Below are positions 14,923 to 28,070 of a DNA stretch of 64,000 nt, piece by piece. Origin of the DNA: Tubiluchus corallicola (Eukaryota; Animalia; Priapulida); contig JAQGDQ010000074.1 of assembly GCA_030141605.1 (NCBI GenBank), positions 1-64,000 of the forward strand, written 5' to 3'. The number at the start of each line of letters is the position of its first letter. Position 1 is the stretch's first letter. The position numbers and the translations under genes were made by a program. Below the pieces are notes generated by a model. It made no database searches and was not told the DNA's origin. It saw nothing but the letters and a program-made list of their open reading frames with translations.

Positions 14923-15213
14923 CAGCGGCGTAACAATGTATGTTGACGGGCCCCTCATGCCTACTAGAGCCCACTTACAAAAATATATTTTGCTTCATTT
15001 AGTGCATTTTTTGCGGTTTTCATTAGGAACTTTGTTTTTGCGCGCTCAGTGAAAAATGTATACGTCAGTTGTTTATGAATAATATTCCGGAAAAGTAATT
15101 CTCGCATTCGGCTTTTATAAACAATTGGTATAATAACCCAAACACAATGCGATTTTCTTAAACGTGAGCCCACTCGCAGTGCAGAAGTCTATGGGTGCAT
15201 AGTTTCGCCACTG
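14923..15213. mobile_element. hAT-type MITE (about 290 bp)
   Basis: TIRs CAGCGGCGTAACAATG ... CATAGTTTCGCCACTG. Degenerate TSD AGAGGATT / (A)AGGGGATT. Confidence 0.6.
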
Positions 15214-18149
15214 AAGGGGATTCTGCACTACATAAGCGTGAGATGTATTTTTTATGCAAAAATGAATTTGGAGGTGAAAAATCGCCTTGCTTTCAATAAA
15301 ATCGTTCAAGGTGCTCATTCCTTTGGAAGATCACATTTACTCTAGCTGACTGTACTTTTCTACATATTACAATGTTTGCCCAATCCTTGGACTTGCACTC
15401 CATTGACAATTCGCCGCAGAAAATAATAGGTTTGTTACAGTATCAAGCAAGTTTCAGCGTCCATCCATTATTTGCGATACCAGCGAGGCAGCCATCATGA
15501 GCCATGTCTAATTTACTTGCTCGGCAAGGACTCATCAACTGTCTTGGCCGGCTATATAATCAATGCAGTAAAGTATAGCGTTTGACGCATCCAGAATGAC
15601 AAGTAGGCTGAAACTTGACGGGGGCGAATCAACTTGAGGAAAAGCCAAGAAAAATAACTCCACTGCCCCTAATGATGGCTGAAAATATTAATGAAGTTTA
15701 TTTGAAAGCACGTTGCGCGTGTGATGTCGCGTTTTAACACGTAATTATGTTAGATTTTCATTAGTTGTTTGATACCTCTCGTAGCTCTGCATCACGGCGT
15801 TGCTACTTGCTAGGATACTGTTCAGATGCGCCTTGCATAGTAATAAAGGCCTACCACACATGTTTTCAGTAACAGCTTGATATAACTTATTCTGTTTCGT
15901 ATGAAGTTGGTCAATTATACACCGGCGCAGTGTTTTTCCCGAGCGTGTCACAGAGCACACGGCTCTCAAATACGCATGCAAGAACGCTTTATTCTTTCAT
16001 TGAATAAGTTAATTTTATGCCCCCGGAAAAATTACTTAAAAAGATTGATCTGACATTTTTGTTAATCACTGATCAACTTCAATGATTTTAATTGCACTAT
16101 TTCCGCATTCGTCGTATTGCCGCAAACGAAATAATATAGCATGATCAAAAAATGAAATGACAACAAAAATAAAGATTTAAAAGTCAATTATGGACAATTG
16201 GACCAATGCACTGCTGTGATATAATATCTAGATATTTCTACACTTAGAAATGTTCAAATGGCAGGTTTACAAAGATTAAACTTTAAAAACAGATTTTTAT
16301 TGAGTACAGTAAACTTCTCATGCTCATAATTTACTCGTCGTTAGCATAATTTACAAACATGTTTATGTAAAGTTACATGTTATTTATTTGTAGTTTGTGC
16401 ACACCAATTTTGAGATAATATGGTTGAGTACAAAAGGCGAAATGAATGCACACAGGACTAGCAGTCCACAGAAACGCGAGTACTAGGACTATAACTCAAT
16501 TTATAGACTTTCTAACAAGTATAGAGCCTATATCATTTACCTATATAAATGACATTTTGCAGTGCATACTAATGACATAGTATGCTGTACAACGTCTATA
16601 TGACTGAAAAGATAAAACGATAAAATAAATTTACTTCGAGCGTTGCAAATTTAGAACAGGCGAATCTTAGCCGAAGGCAAAATTTTATTACTATATTAAT
16701 TTCTGTGGTATAGGGCTTTATATATAATTGCAAATAAGTGATGGAAAAATTATTAATAGGTTCGGGGATTGGATTAAGTGCAAACTTAAAGGGCTGCCTG
16801 CTGAAAAAACGTAGCGAAGCACTACTATAATTTTATTAAGTGTTGCTTGTACCACTATAATATGCAGTGTATTTTTATGTCAATACGTACAAGCAATCCT
16901 ATATATAGATATGTATCGCATGCAAAGTCTAGCAGTGCTGGGAAAATTTGACATATGATAAACACAATTTTAAATAAACATTTTTGTTATCTTGGTCAGC
17001 GGACACTCATGGTTTAAGTTACTGCAAAATTATGCTTCTTTTCGACACCATAGTGAATTCTTAGAGATTTAGAAATAACGATGATGACGATGTTCGGCTA
17101 AAATAAGTCACACTTAAAAAACAGCTGCACGTGAACGCACACAGCGCAAACTGTGCCAAATTGAGGCAAATTAATTTTTTCCGTTGTTTCATTAGAAGGC
17201 TTATAGTGACACTTGCAAAATAAACGAATCATTCGTTTGAAAAACAAGCATTGTCATCGGTAGGTTTTGAGACGCTGGCATTTTGATATTTATTTTACTG
17301 AACAACACACGCTGTACAGTTTATGGCGTATGATGTATTCCTGAATGCACACAATTAGCGTGGGTTATTTTTGCAGAGGCAGCGTGTGTAGCTTTTGAAT
17401 TAGCTCACATCGCGATTGAGGAAAATTAGACTTTTCGGCGGCAACTGACCGCAGCATGCAGATTTTTATTATGATTTCAAGTCGACACATATATGAGTTA
17501 CCAATATCAGGTTTAACTTCGTCTGGTTTCGGCGAGCGTTGTGGACTGAATAATGCAATTAGATATAATTCGAATCATTTCTGATGGAGATTCTGCTTTG
17601 GAATCCGCAGAGCTCACCGGAAGCGCCCAGTTGACGGACGTATACATGGAAGCCACTTGTTGCAAGAAAAGCACTCGGCAGGCCGCTGAAGCTGAATTAG
17701 TGCAACGTTTTTAAGGCAACAATGGCAAGTTTATGTGGTTTAACTTGCAATTTTGTAGGTATGGCACAAACGTAATAGCTGCAATAACTTTAAAATTATT
17801 TTTGGGCATTTCTATGGTGCATGTGAACTGTACATACACACGAGTGGTTGACTAAGAAGTGAATGATGCTATTGATACATGAAATGATGACAGTAGTTAC
17901 GGTATATTTCTTTAATAGAAAGAGTGTGAGATGTATTGTAGATCATATTTGAACATAGCAGTACATGATCTGATCATAATATTATCTTACAAGGAATATT
18001 TTAGAAATTTGTATCGAATTAATTATAGACCTTCCAGGTTAGTTTTACATTATACCCCCCCCCCCAGACATGACCTTATATGTTAGCTACGTATATACTA
18101 AGCTGTAATAAATTTTCACTGGTTTTTTCTATTATCAAGTCTGCATAAT

Positions 18150-19200
18150 AATCGCCATAATTTATAGATAATTTCAAGAGTTTACCGGATTGATACTTCC
18201 AAACTAAGTCCTCACCAAGAAATATTCCTAAACATTTAACGGTGACGTTTTTCTATAATGACATAACCTAATAGCATCTCTCGTACGTACAAAAAATAAC
18301 AGACGTCCCAAAGTAAAATCATAAAGACTTATCATATTTAATTGGAAGGCTATAGGATAACATGGTTATTGAAAACGATCAAAAAGGCAGCTTTTAAACC
18401 AGGATCGAGACAGTTGTCTTATGCTATAGTAATGTAACTTGTCTAGAAGAATATAAAGGTTTAGAGTACCAAATGTCCTTGATATGTCGAAAAGTCACAC
18501 ATCATTATCAAGTGTTTCTGCATGGTTTTTATTGGCTCTTTCAATTAACGCCAATGTTGTCGAATGTGATTTATGAAAGCCAAATTGATAGTCATATAAG
18601 ATTCGGTTTTGTGAAAAATGATGAGTGATAAATGCTATTTTTCTCCAGTATGTTAGAGAAGACACTTGAAAATGAAATTCGTTAATAATTATAGTATCAG
18701 TACTTGATTTATGCACAGGAATTATTTTGTGAAGTTTGTTGAGCTGTTAAAATAAGTTAGTTCTGTAAGTTTGTTAAGCCTTTTTGAAAAAAAGCAGTGC
18801 TAAAAATTAATGGTTTTACATGTATATTAAAGCCAAATGTTTGCAAATTATTGGACTGGCAGATTAATTTCAACAAAATGTAGACTGAAGCCATCTGCAC
18901 CAGCAGTTTTACTGCTATTTAGGCTCGGTAATAATGAAAATACTTCTAATTGATTCGATTTGAATCTAAATTCATTATGAAATTTTAAATGAGGGTGAAA
19001 AATACTGTTTATTAATACCATTAACTTACTACTTGGAATATTTTTTGCAGCTGACACACCAACCTCAACAAAAACTTTATTAAATTTATCAGCTATTATT
19101 TGAGATTGGGTTATGAGGTGGGAGAATTTTTTTGGACTTTTAGCTTCACTAGTTCATTTATTATTTTCCGCTTTGATTTAATATCTTTGTTAGGTAATTA
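18150..19200 (-). mobile_element. Decayed non-LTR retrotransposon (CR1/L2-like) reverse transcriptase fragment
   Basis: Frame fragments SKTAGADGFS, ILYDYQFGFHKSHSTTLALIE and VKCLGIFLGEDLVWKYQ occur in the expected RT order, with many stops and frameshifts. Confidence 0.8.
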
Positions 19201-19329
19201 ATTAAAATTTGCTTAACACAGCTCTGTTCTTCAATTTCATTTTTTAGTTTACGTAGAATGTTTTACAATGATGTTTTATTTTGTGACATTGAAAATGTAA
19301 CGCTAAATCTAGTATTTAAGGAATACAAG

Positions 19330-19870
19330 TCAACAGTTTAGAACAGCCAAATTTTTTGAGGCATAGAAACTGACAAACATTTAATATGGGAAAACCATTA
19401 TAAAAAATGTAATGCAAAAAATGTCACAAAGCACATCATTTCTAAAACAGGTTAAAGGTCAACTAAATATCAAACCAAACTACTTATTTATAAACCTATG
19501 ATCCTACCTCATTTTACTTATGGATGCCATTGCTGACCAGTCTTACTTGACAACCAATGTAGGTAAAAATTAAATATTTTCACAATTTAATCCAGCATCC
19601 AGTATAATGCGCTGCTGTTCATTTGGAATTGTATTGAAAATATTAATAAAGCATTTGAAAGAAATGATGTTCCCTTTTTGAAGGATAGAAAATTAAATGA
19701 AAGAACTTGCAATCTACTTCAAATGCAAACTAAAAACAAATATGGGCATAACTCAGTTTCAAAAATAGCAGTCAATCTTTGGAATACAGCCCCACTCAAA
19801 CTTGAATCATCAACTAGCCCAACAAGCTTCAAGAAAGAATTAAAAGTACTTTGCTAACAAATTACTCAAG
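19330..19870 (+). mobile_element. Decayed LINE 3' end (RT C-terminus)
   Basis: Fragments GIETDKHLIWENH, KLLIYKPMILPHFTYGCHC and NKYGHNSVSKIAVNLWNTAPLKLESSTSPTSFKKELK. Confidence 0.75.
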
Positions 19871-20402
19871 ACCAGCACATAAAAACGATAAATGAATTAC
19901 TATTTACTGCTGTCTACAGGCTATCCTTTTATATTACCACCAATTTACAATAACTGGATATTGTTTTCTTAATATTCACACCCATAAGATGGTGCAACTG
20001 GTCATCTTAATTCTAATTTTTTGTTTTAATAATTTAGCAACTGATGAACAACAGCAACAATAACAAAAAATCAGTGAAGTCAATCGAAATTATTTGTGTT
20101 ATGGCTTTTAATTACGTAAAATTATACACATGTAAATATAAATGTGAATATTTAACTTTCTTTATAAATTTGTGAATTATACATAAACTTAAATTTAAAA
20201 GTTTTTTTAATTACATGTAAAAATATCTGAATTGTAAATCTTGAGTTTTTTTTACTTACTAACATAGCGTCATCAATGTTTTTCATCATGCATAATTTAC
20301 TAACAATTTGACACTAGTGTAAAACATCAGTCCGGAGACTGAACGCACACACACAATTATTTATACGTGTTGTGATTTTATTACTGTAAATATGTATATA
20401 TA

Positions 20403-20432
20403 CAGGGTGTCACAAAAGTCACTATACACTTT
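20403..20432 (+). mobile_element. Orphan Tc1/mariner-like terminus
   Basis: TA followed by CAGGGTGTCACAAAAGTCACTATACACTT. No partner TIR was found. Confidence 0.3.
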
Positions 20433-21199
20433 AATTTCTAATTTTCTTTATAAACCATTATAGAAAAAAACATGACTTACATCAGTCCATCAGAAAAGCT
20501 GTCAGAGATACAAATAATTACTTAAATATGATTTACTATTACTTGTCGTTTTTTTCCTTTTTTATTTATATTAACATCTAACATATATTTCTTGTTAGCA
20601 TTTTCTGTATATGCTACACAGTAGATTTATTTAACATCCCAGTAAATATTGGCATTATATGTAGTTCTATTACGGCTCATTCTGGCAATGCTGGCATAAA
20701 AGGCAAATCTTAGTTGGCCTGTGATTTCATGTCACTTCCTAGTCATAATATTACAGTTAACATAACTGGCCCGGTAACTGGAGTTGTTGTGGTAGTGGCG
20801 AACTGCCCATACGGGAATTAAGATGCTGGATGAGTGCAGGCAATTGGCAATTGTGTCAGACAGCTAATTTTGCCATTTGTGAATTATTTCAAATAGTATT
20901 GTGAATTATAGATAATCAAACACAGTAACTCAACAGACATGTCAATTGAACTAACATTGAATTACAATGATTGACATTATGATATTGCAAAATAATTGAG
21001 TAAATAATGATAGTACTAATGCCAGTGGGTATTTACAAATTTTAAAATTTGCAGACACTAAAATTAAAATGTTAATAATTAGTATTTTAAGAGTAAGAAA
21101 CAATTAAAAACCCCACATTTAATTTCTATCCACAATACACAATTAAGCCTATATGAAATTATAAATGTTTATTTCAATTATTTGAGATAAAGCAAAATT

Positions 21200-21620
21200 T
21201 AGTGCTGGTGTGATATATTATTCAAGCGATCATCATCATTGACATCATCATCATCATAATTCCCACAGGTCATCTTCGTCAAAATCATCATCACCACCAC
21301 TATAATATCATCATAGTTCCCAATGCAAACTGCATTGTTGTATATGCATTTAGGCTATTTTTAATTGCCAATTGCACCAAGTAGCAGTCTGCTTTTGTTT
21401 TCTTAATTTGTTTTGTCTTGCTGAACAGTGTATTGACAACACTGCATGATACTGTACCACCTTGTTCCACAGGGAGTTGCTACAATGCAAGCAAGAAGAA
21501 CGTCTTTACAATGTTCATGCTTTCTGCAATGATCATCCCATGTAAACGAAATGATTTTCAGTTGGCTTTAATTTTAAAGTTTGATTCGATGCAGTTGGTG
21601 TCAGCAAAATTATTGTTCAT
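21200..21620 (-). pseudogene. Possible decayed hAT transposase fragment
   Basis: The minus strand reads ATPCGTRWYSIMQC (hAT TRWxS motif) and later an Asp-rich tail encoded by (GAT)n. Confidence 0.35.
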
Positions 21621-23679
21621 GGTACTCGATTATAATTGATATTTTAGCGAGGAAGTTACAGAATCACAGATATGCTTGTTAGTAGAGAAGGTTGCTGATT
21701 GTGATATAAAGTGAGAAAAGGTGTACAGTCTGATGTTCTCAGCACACTGATAGTTGGAAGTAAAATTAATACCAGTTATGTTTATTGATTATTGAAGGTT
21801 ATTATAACCGTTATTATTCATCAAAGTTGCCGTGTTGTCTAGATTTTATCCGTGTTTTGATGCCCTCCTTAACAGATTTCCTGTCAAGGTTTAACATAAA
21901 GTTGCACTATGCTATTTAGAACTGAGCGAAGACGATCGACATACACTTATTACCTGAAATAGCCACAGGTAACATTATGGTGTGCAGACTTTGGATTGTG
22001 CCAAGAATGAGATCCAAGCAGGGGAAAGTCAGGTTAGTGCTTATAAAACAGCTGAGGTGGATATTGATAATTGGCAAATAAGACCTTCTTCTTGGTTAGA
22101 AATGAAATGTGAATGTAGAGCTAGGCAGACAATAATAAAATTTAATGATGACTTAGATGAGAACACAGACAGGAACAGAAATGGCAGTTTGCATTAGGGA
22201 AATTTATAACAGTGCTGTGCAGGCAGGTGCCGAAATTGTGCACTGGTGATGGAACAGTTGGTCGCATTGTGATTAACTGTTGTTCACAAACAATGCCATT
22301 TCGATTTACCTATATTCACGGTTAATCAGAATATGATTAACTGTCAGTCAGTTAATATAGGTTTGCAGTAGATTGCAAAACGACTGCTTGTTTTCCCTTG
22401 GTGAGTTCAGCCTGTGTCAGCCAGGTTTTGTAGATCTTGATTAGAGTTTCTGTAAGCTGAAACTTCTCAGAATTCACATGGCTGAAAACCACAAACTGTG
22501 TTGATGGATACGAAACTGCGGAAGTGCATTAGGTTAATGCATTTCTGCAGCTTAGAGCATTGGGCAATAATTCTTTTTATCTGCATCCATCAGCACAATT
22601 CGCGTATTTCGGCCATGTGAATTTTGGCATAACCAATTAAAACACCAATACAGAAGTCCACTCCCATTACACATCCAAGTGCCAATGTTTACACAAATGA
22701 AAATTTTGCATTGCTAGCATAAACTAGCACAAAGCATTGGCATACTAATGTGTATTTAATAATTTAATTGGCAGGTGTAGAAACTTGCAATCATTTTACT
22801 TTAAAACGTATACAATGTTCACTTCAGTAACAAAACTGAACAAACAGTCATAAAAGTTAGCAATATGATACTGTAGAAATTTTGCATTCTTTAACATTGC
22901 TTTAATAGTAGAACATTTGCATCCTTTAACATTGCTCTCTCTAGATCAACTGATATTTACCTGCCTTGAGAGAAATGAGCTGTAAATCACATGACCAGAG
23001 CTTCAAGTTCCTACTGGAAGGTACATCACATTCATGCATACAGATCATAAATGAAATGGTCACCTATACTCTATAGACTACTAGTCACAAAATCAAACTC
23101 TACTTGGCTTGTTTGATAGCAGAATAAAGATTATTTGCTTACAGAAAATTGTGTTATAATTTTTTTCTATTTTAACTTGAATAAGAGAGTTAGAACCAGA
23201 AGTAAAGCATGAAATTAACAATCTAATTACCCTGATTAATGAATATCTATAAAAGCAAAGGGAAACAATATTTAGAAACAAAATCAATTAATATCTAACA
23301 AAATTTGTACAATTAGAGTAAAAAACGACTGTAGATGGCAGCATAGACTAATTCAGTACTTTAGTGTAGTAGACTAACAATTAAATGGGTCACGTAATAC
23401 TACAATCGCATACTCGGTACGATAAGCAACAGCAGGAGATTATGCTATTGCGTCAAATATGAGGGAACGTTGCATTTAATTATTATGGGCAGCACTCTGT
23501 TGCTAAAGATGTGTCAGTTAGTACTTGTCCTTATACCTGAAAGGGGGTTTTAGTAGTGAAGTTTCTTACTTACAAGCTCCTGATAATTTGCAGATTAATA
23601 GTAATAATAAGCAATGGGCTGGCAATAATTTTTCTAATTCTAATATAGTTGAACATTAATTTGGAATAAACCAGCAGGT

Positions 23680-26600
23680 ATGATCCACAGTTTGATGAGG
23701 CAGGTTTGCCTGATAAGACAAGTTACCCTATAAAGTTCAGTTTCCTATGGTAGTTCATGTCAATAGGTGGTACATCTGACCAGGAAGCCGCATACCAACT
23801 GCAGTAGGATTACAAGTCAAGGCCATGGCTGTGCTAGAGCACATACCCCCCGGACAGCGTCAAAGTTGCCTTACTTTGTTTCAGGCTTTTGATCAGAGGC
23901 ACGGTCATGCAAATTGAGAGGACAGTTTCAAACATGTTGTCAAAGGAAGGGTGGAGACTTGAGGGTGTTTGCTGAGTGAGTTGAGACGCTGGCATTTTGT
24001 TATATACCCTAACGTAGATAATGGTGTGGTAGACCGGACTGCATGTGATCAGTTTTCTATTGGTTCAATAATCCGAAATTAAGGATGTTTGCTCATGCAG
24101 CAAAGACATCTAGCTTAGTTGTAGCTTTAGCAAGAGCATTGGAAATGGTTCCTGGAGCATGTAGCATGACTGCTGTAGCAATTACAGGAAACGAAACAAC
24201 TAACCTGGCTTCAGGTCAAGCAAATTTGATACAGGTGACAAATAAAGGGATGAGAGATGCACTGTAGTATGTACACCATGCACAAGTAATCGAGAATTCG
24301 ACATATCTAAGTGACCCAGACATGGCTGGGGACTCATCTGGTCATTCTCACTCAGTGAACAATGCTTTGGTCGTGGTTGCAAAGCATACATTCGTAAGGA
24401 GTGTCCTTCATGTAGCAATCATGAAGTGATTAATTTTCCCAAATTATGACCATGTGCCACCAGGTTTGGTAGTAGCCACACTGCTATTGGATCTGAAAGG
24501 ATGCAGATCTGAAAGGGAAACTAACTGCAGGTTCACAACATAGGCAGCTTTCTCATGTCTGCTCAATCCTTTTCTGCCAAAGTTAATCAGAAATTTCTTG
24601 AAGCTCATACTAGTGGCTTGTACCGTTGTAACATTTTATTAGACACTGGAGCTGTTCATACTCTAGACAACAGAATACACGAACATACCTTTATGGTAAT
24701 AATGTTAACTCATCCATCGTTCGTGGTCCAGAAGATGTCACTGTAAATGCATTACATCTTGAAGAAACCATAACAGCCTTAGTACCTCCAGATATGGTTG
24801 ATCCTATATTTCTGGATCTTGATTGGCTCAATTCCAATGGGGCTGTTATTGACACCCATGTCCCCACAAATGAGCATGGGTGGCCTGACTGTTGCTCTTA
24901 AAGTTTGTCTGTCTGGTTATGTCAAGATTTGTGCCAGCCAAACTTTGACAATTCAGGTGTGGTTTGCGGTTGTTACTTCCAGCAAGTCTTCCGAACCACT
25001 GACACCTTGTATGGGTTTGGTGTCTGGGGCCAAGTTGCATCTTACTGGAATGGCATACTGCATTACAGGGAAAAATTGCAGTTGCTGCTTGTTTGAAAAC
25101 ATTGCCAGCAGTTGTTGCCAATATCTGATGTTATCCATGTGCAGTTTGACAGCGTGAAGCTCTTGGTGAGGTGGGAAGCCATTGAGGTCTTGGAGAGAAC
25201 CACACACCTCTAAATCATGTCCAGAAAATAAACAACAGTCATTGCCACAACAGCTATATATAAACCATTGAAAGAGAATTTAAAAGAACTTAAACCCTGT
25301 TCAACGACTTTGTGTCAAGAATTTTTTGCTAGGATATGCAGACATGTTGTCTGCTGGTTCGCATGATTTAGGAAGAACTGATCTTGGTTACCTTCACACT
25401 TAGATACTTGTGATACTCGACCTGTAAGACATAATCCTCGAAGATTAGAATTAGAACCTGTCCAGCAAGAGGAACTGGATGCAGCAATAAATGATATTGT
25501 AGAAAAGAGTTTTTGTCCAGCTGGTGTTCAGCTGTAGTCCTAGTTAAGAAAAAGGACGACAAGGTGTTGCATAGAAAATAGAGCTCTAAGTAAAGTGACC
25601 ATAATTAACAGGGTCTTCCCCCTACCTTAGATCAATGATTCACTGGATACCTTGTTAAATGTGACATGCTTTAGTACGCCAGACTTAAGTCTGTTATCAT
25701 CAAGTTAGGATGGTGCTGAGGTTAAAAAGAAGAAGACAGCTATCTCGTACGGGTAAGGTTCATGGCTGTTCAATGCTATGCCTTTTGGTCTTTGTACAAC
25801 TCGCATAAATTTCAAACATTCGATCGAGTCATTCAGTACTCGTTTATTTGGATATGTGATCATTTTGCAAGTGCTTTTGAAGAACAGTTGAATAATTTAT
25901 CCATAGTGCTTAATCTGTTCCAAGAAACAGGACTAAACTTCAATGCAAAGACATATTTACTTCCCAAACTGACGTTCAGTATTTGAGGCACATTGATGCT
26001 AGTGGTGCAGTTCGAAATGAGCTTTCAAAGGCCAGGGCTGCGAGGGATTGGCCTGTGCTAAAGAACGTTGGTTAGTTAAGGAGTTGTCTATGATTAAGTT
26101 AACCTACTATCATCGTTTTATTCCCGAATATGCCAAAATAGATACTCTGTAACATGTTTTAGCAAAGAAATCTGCTGTTTTTGAATGTGCCGAGGAACGC
26201 AACGGGGCATTTAATAAGCTTAAAGATTTCTTGGTGTCTGTTCCGATTTTAGCATATCCACTTCTAAGAGCCCAGTATATTCTTGAGTTGTCGCCACCAT
26301 CTTGTTGAAAGTAGGTCTTGTTCAAAACGTAATACTCTAGCTGGTTTTGAACATTGTAGTTGTATGACCCTTAGAGCATTGACAATTACTGAATTTTGGA
26401 AAGCTCTAGTAGACGATTCCTATCTTTCTCCAATAATAGACTTTTTTGAAGAATGTTTACTTAAACCTTTTTATGAAAGGGTTTCTGCCTTAAGCCAAGA
26501 AACAAAGGCTTTGTGGAAACTGTGGGAAATATTAAAAATAAGGGATTGGATTGTACGGCTTCTCCCCAATCAAGAAACAGAAGCTCAAGTGTTAATGCAT

Positions 26601-26700
26601 GAATTGTTTAGTCATTTTGGTTTACCGAATGAATTATACTCTGACAAAGAGCGTAATTTTGAGTCTCTGGTCTTCAATCAAGAAAATTCATACCACACCA
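23680..26700 (+). mobile_element. Highly decayed Gypsy/Ty3 LTR retrotransposon internal region
   Basis: Motif remnants in order: gag LQVKAMAVLEHIP; knuckle-like CFGRGCKAYIRKEC; protease ILLDTGAVHTL; RT SSWCSAVVLVKKKD, FPLP*INDSLDTL and MPFGLC; AFNKLKDFLVSVPILAYP; integrase ELFSHFGLPNELYSDKERNFESLVF. Boundaries are approximate and the LTRs were not defined. Confidence 0.8.
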
Positions 26701-27779
26701 CGGTCGATGAGATATCTCTTTTGTCCAGACAGATAAAAATTTGCATTATTAATTAGCTTGATAAATGTGGAGGATAAAAGAAAAATATCTTCTTAGTTAG
26801 AATGGATCATTTAAGAATTGTGCTTCTCAATCTCCCAGCACAAAAATTTGGACCATTTGCTTAATATCCTTTGGAAAGACAGCAATTCTGGTTTTGAAGT
26901 TTTGTTTGCTGTTCTGCAAAGTTTTATGATAATCTTTTTTCTGTACAATATTAAGTGGAGAATTCATACAAAGTGCTCGTCAGACATGATGAGGATATCT
27001 GTATGAATGAACTTTTTTTGGTGCAAATGGACCTGATGGAAAAAATGTTTTCAAAACGTAATGCAATTTTTTATGTTCTTTGTAATAATTTCCCATGGCT
27101 AATGCTTACTTATTTTTGCTATCAATCTAGCTTGCATTTGTAATTATCTATAGAAGTTTATTTTGATGAGTTCATTCTGCTAGGTGTTTTTACAAAAATT
27201 GTTTCGAGAGCTTAACAAGCCTGTCTTTAATCAACTGCAAAATATGTAAAACAGCATTTTTATAATAACTTTACACTGAAAGAACTTCCATATCCATATT
27301 GTACCCGTATCTTTTCTATTGTATGATAATGACATGGCTTGATATTGTTTTAATTATGTTGAAGTCTGATTTTGTAATATTTCATTCATTTTTGAGAAAT
27401 TTTGTTCCATAAATTTGTTGTATTTTTGTTGGTGGTGTGCATGTAATAGTTTGTGTGCAGGAATTAGCTTTGCTATCAGCCCATCCTTTGTAAATTTTGC
27501 TCTGCTCTCAGAACTAGTGCTGAGTTGTGTGCCAGAAAGAAATCGGTTAATGTGATAGAATTTGTTGTATTAGGGTTTCACCACATGATTGTCACTGTAT
27601 GGCAGAAAAAAATCACTTGGTCTCTGCTGCAATGCCAGCTTTGCCAGTGTCAAGTGTCCACCTTCCATTTTTATATATAATTTGGAGTTGTGAACCTTGA
27701 AAGTGAATAATCAGGTAGTGGTTGGTATTTCTGAGAGACATTTATACAGATCGTTATTGCAAATAAAGTTTCAAAAGTT

Positions 27780-28070
27780 ATAAGTAATAAAGATTTTTAT
27801 GTCAAATTCAAGGAAGAAAAATAGACCAGCAAGATAAAGTACAGATCTTGAAGACTTAACTGGGTGAGTCATGCTCTGAGATTATCAAAAGGCAGTCCAC
27901 TCATTAAACCTTTCAATGAATCAATTCAACCATGAAAGAGGCCAAGGGGTGGTAGATTGCTCAATGTGGATAGATTTCACACTAAAGAAAATCAATGGAA
28001 AATCCTAATTTTAATGTTAGGAGCGTAATGGAGAGTAGCAAAAGAACGTGCCATTTGGTGGCCATAGTAA
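27780..28070 (+). mobile_element. RTE-like LINE 3' end remnant
   Basis: RLNWVSHALRLSKGSPLIKPFNESIQP*KRPRGGR resembles the RTE C-terminal RLxWxGHxxR...KRPRGR motif. Confidence 0.55.

Noticed and set aside
18150-19870. Divergent LINE pieces as one 5'-inverted (twin-primed) insertion
   Set aside because: Both pieces contain the same GIxxDxxLxW-type RT region, so they are independent insertions.
21860-22700. Possible further Gypsy RT or host-exon fragments (e.g. LELSEDDRHTLIT)
   Set aside because: Too degenerate to assign without a search; no coherent splice or frame structure.
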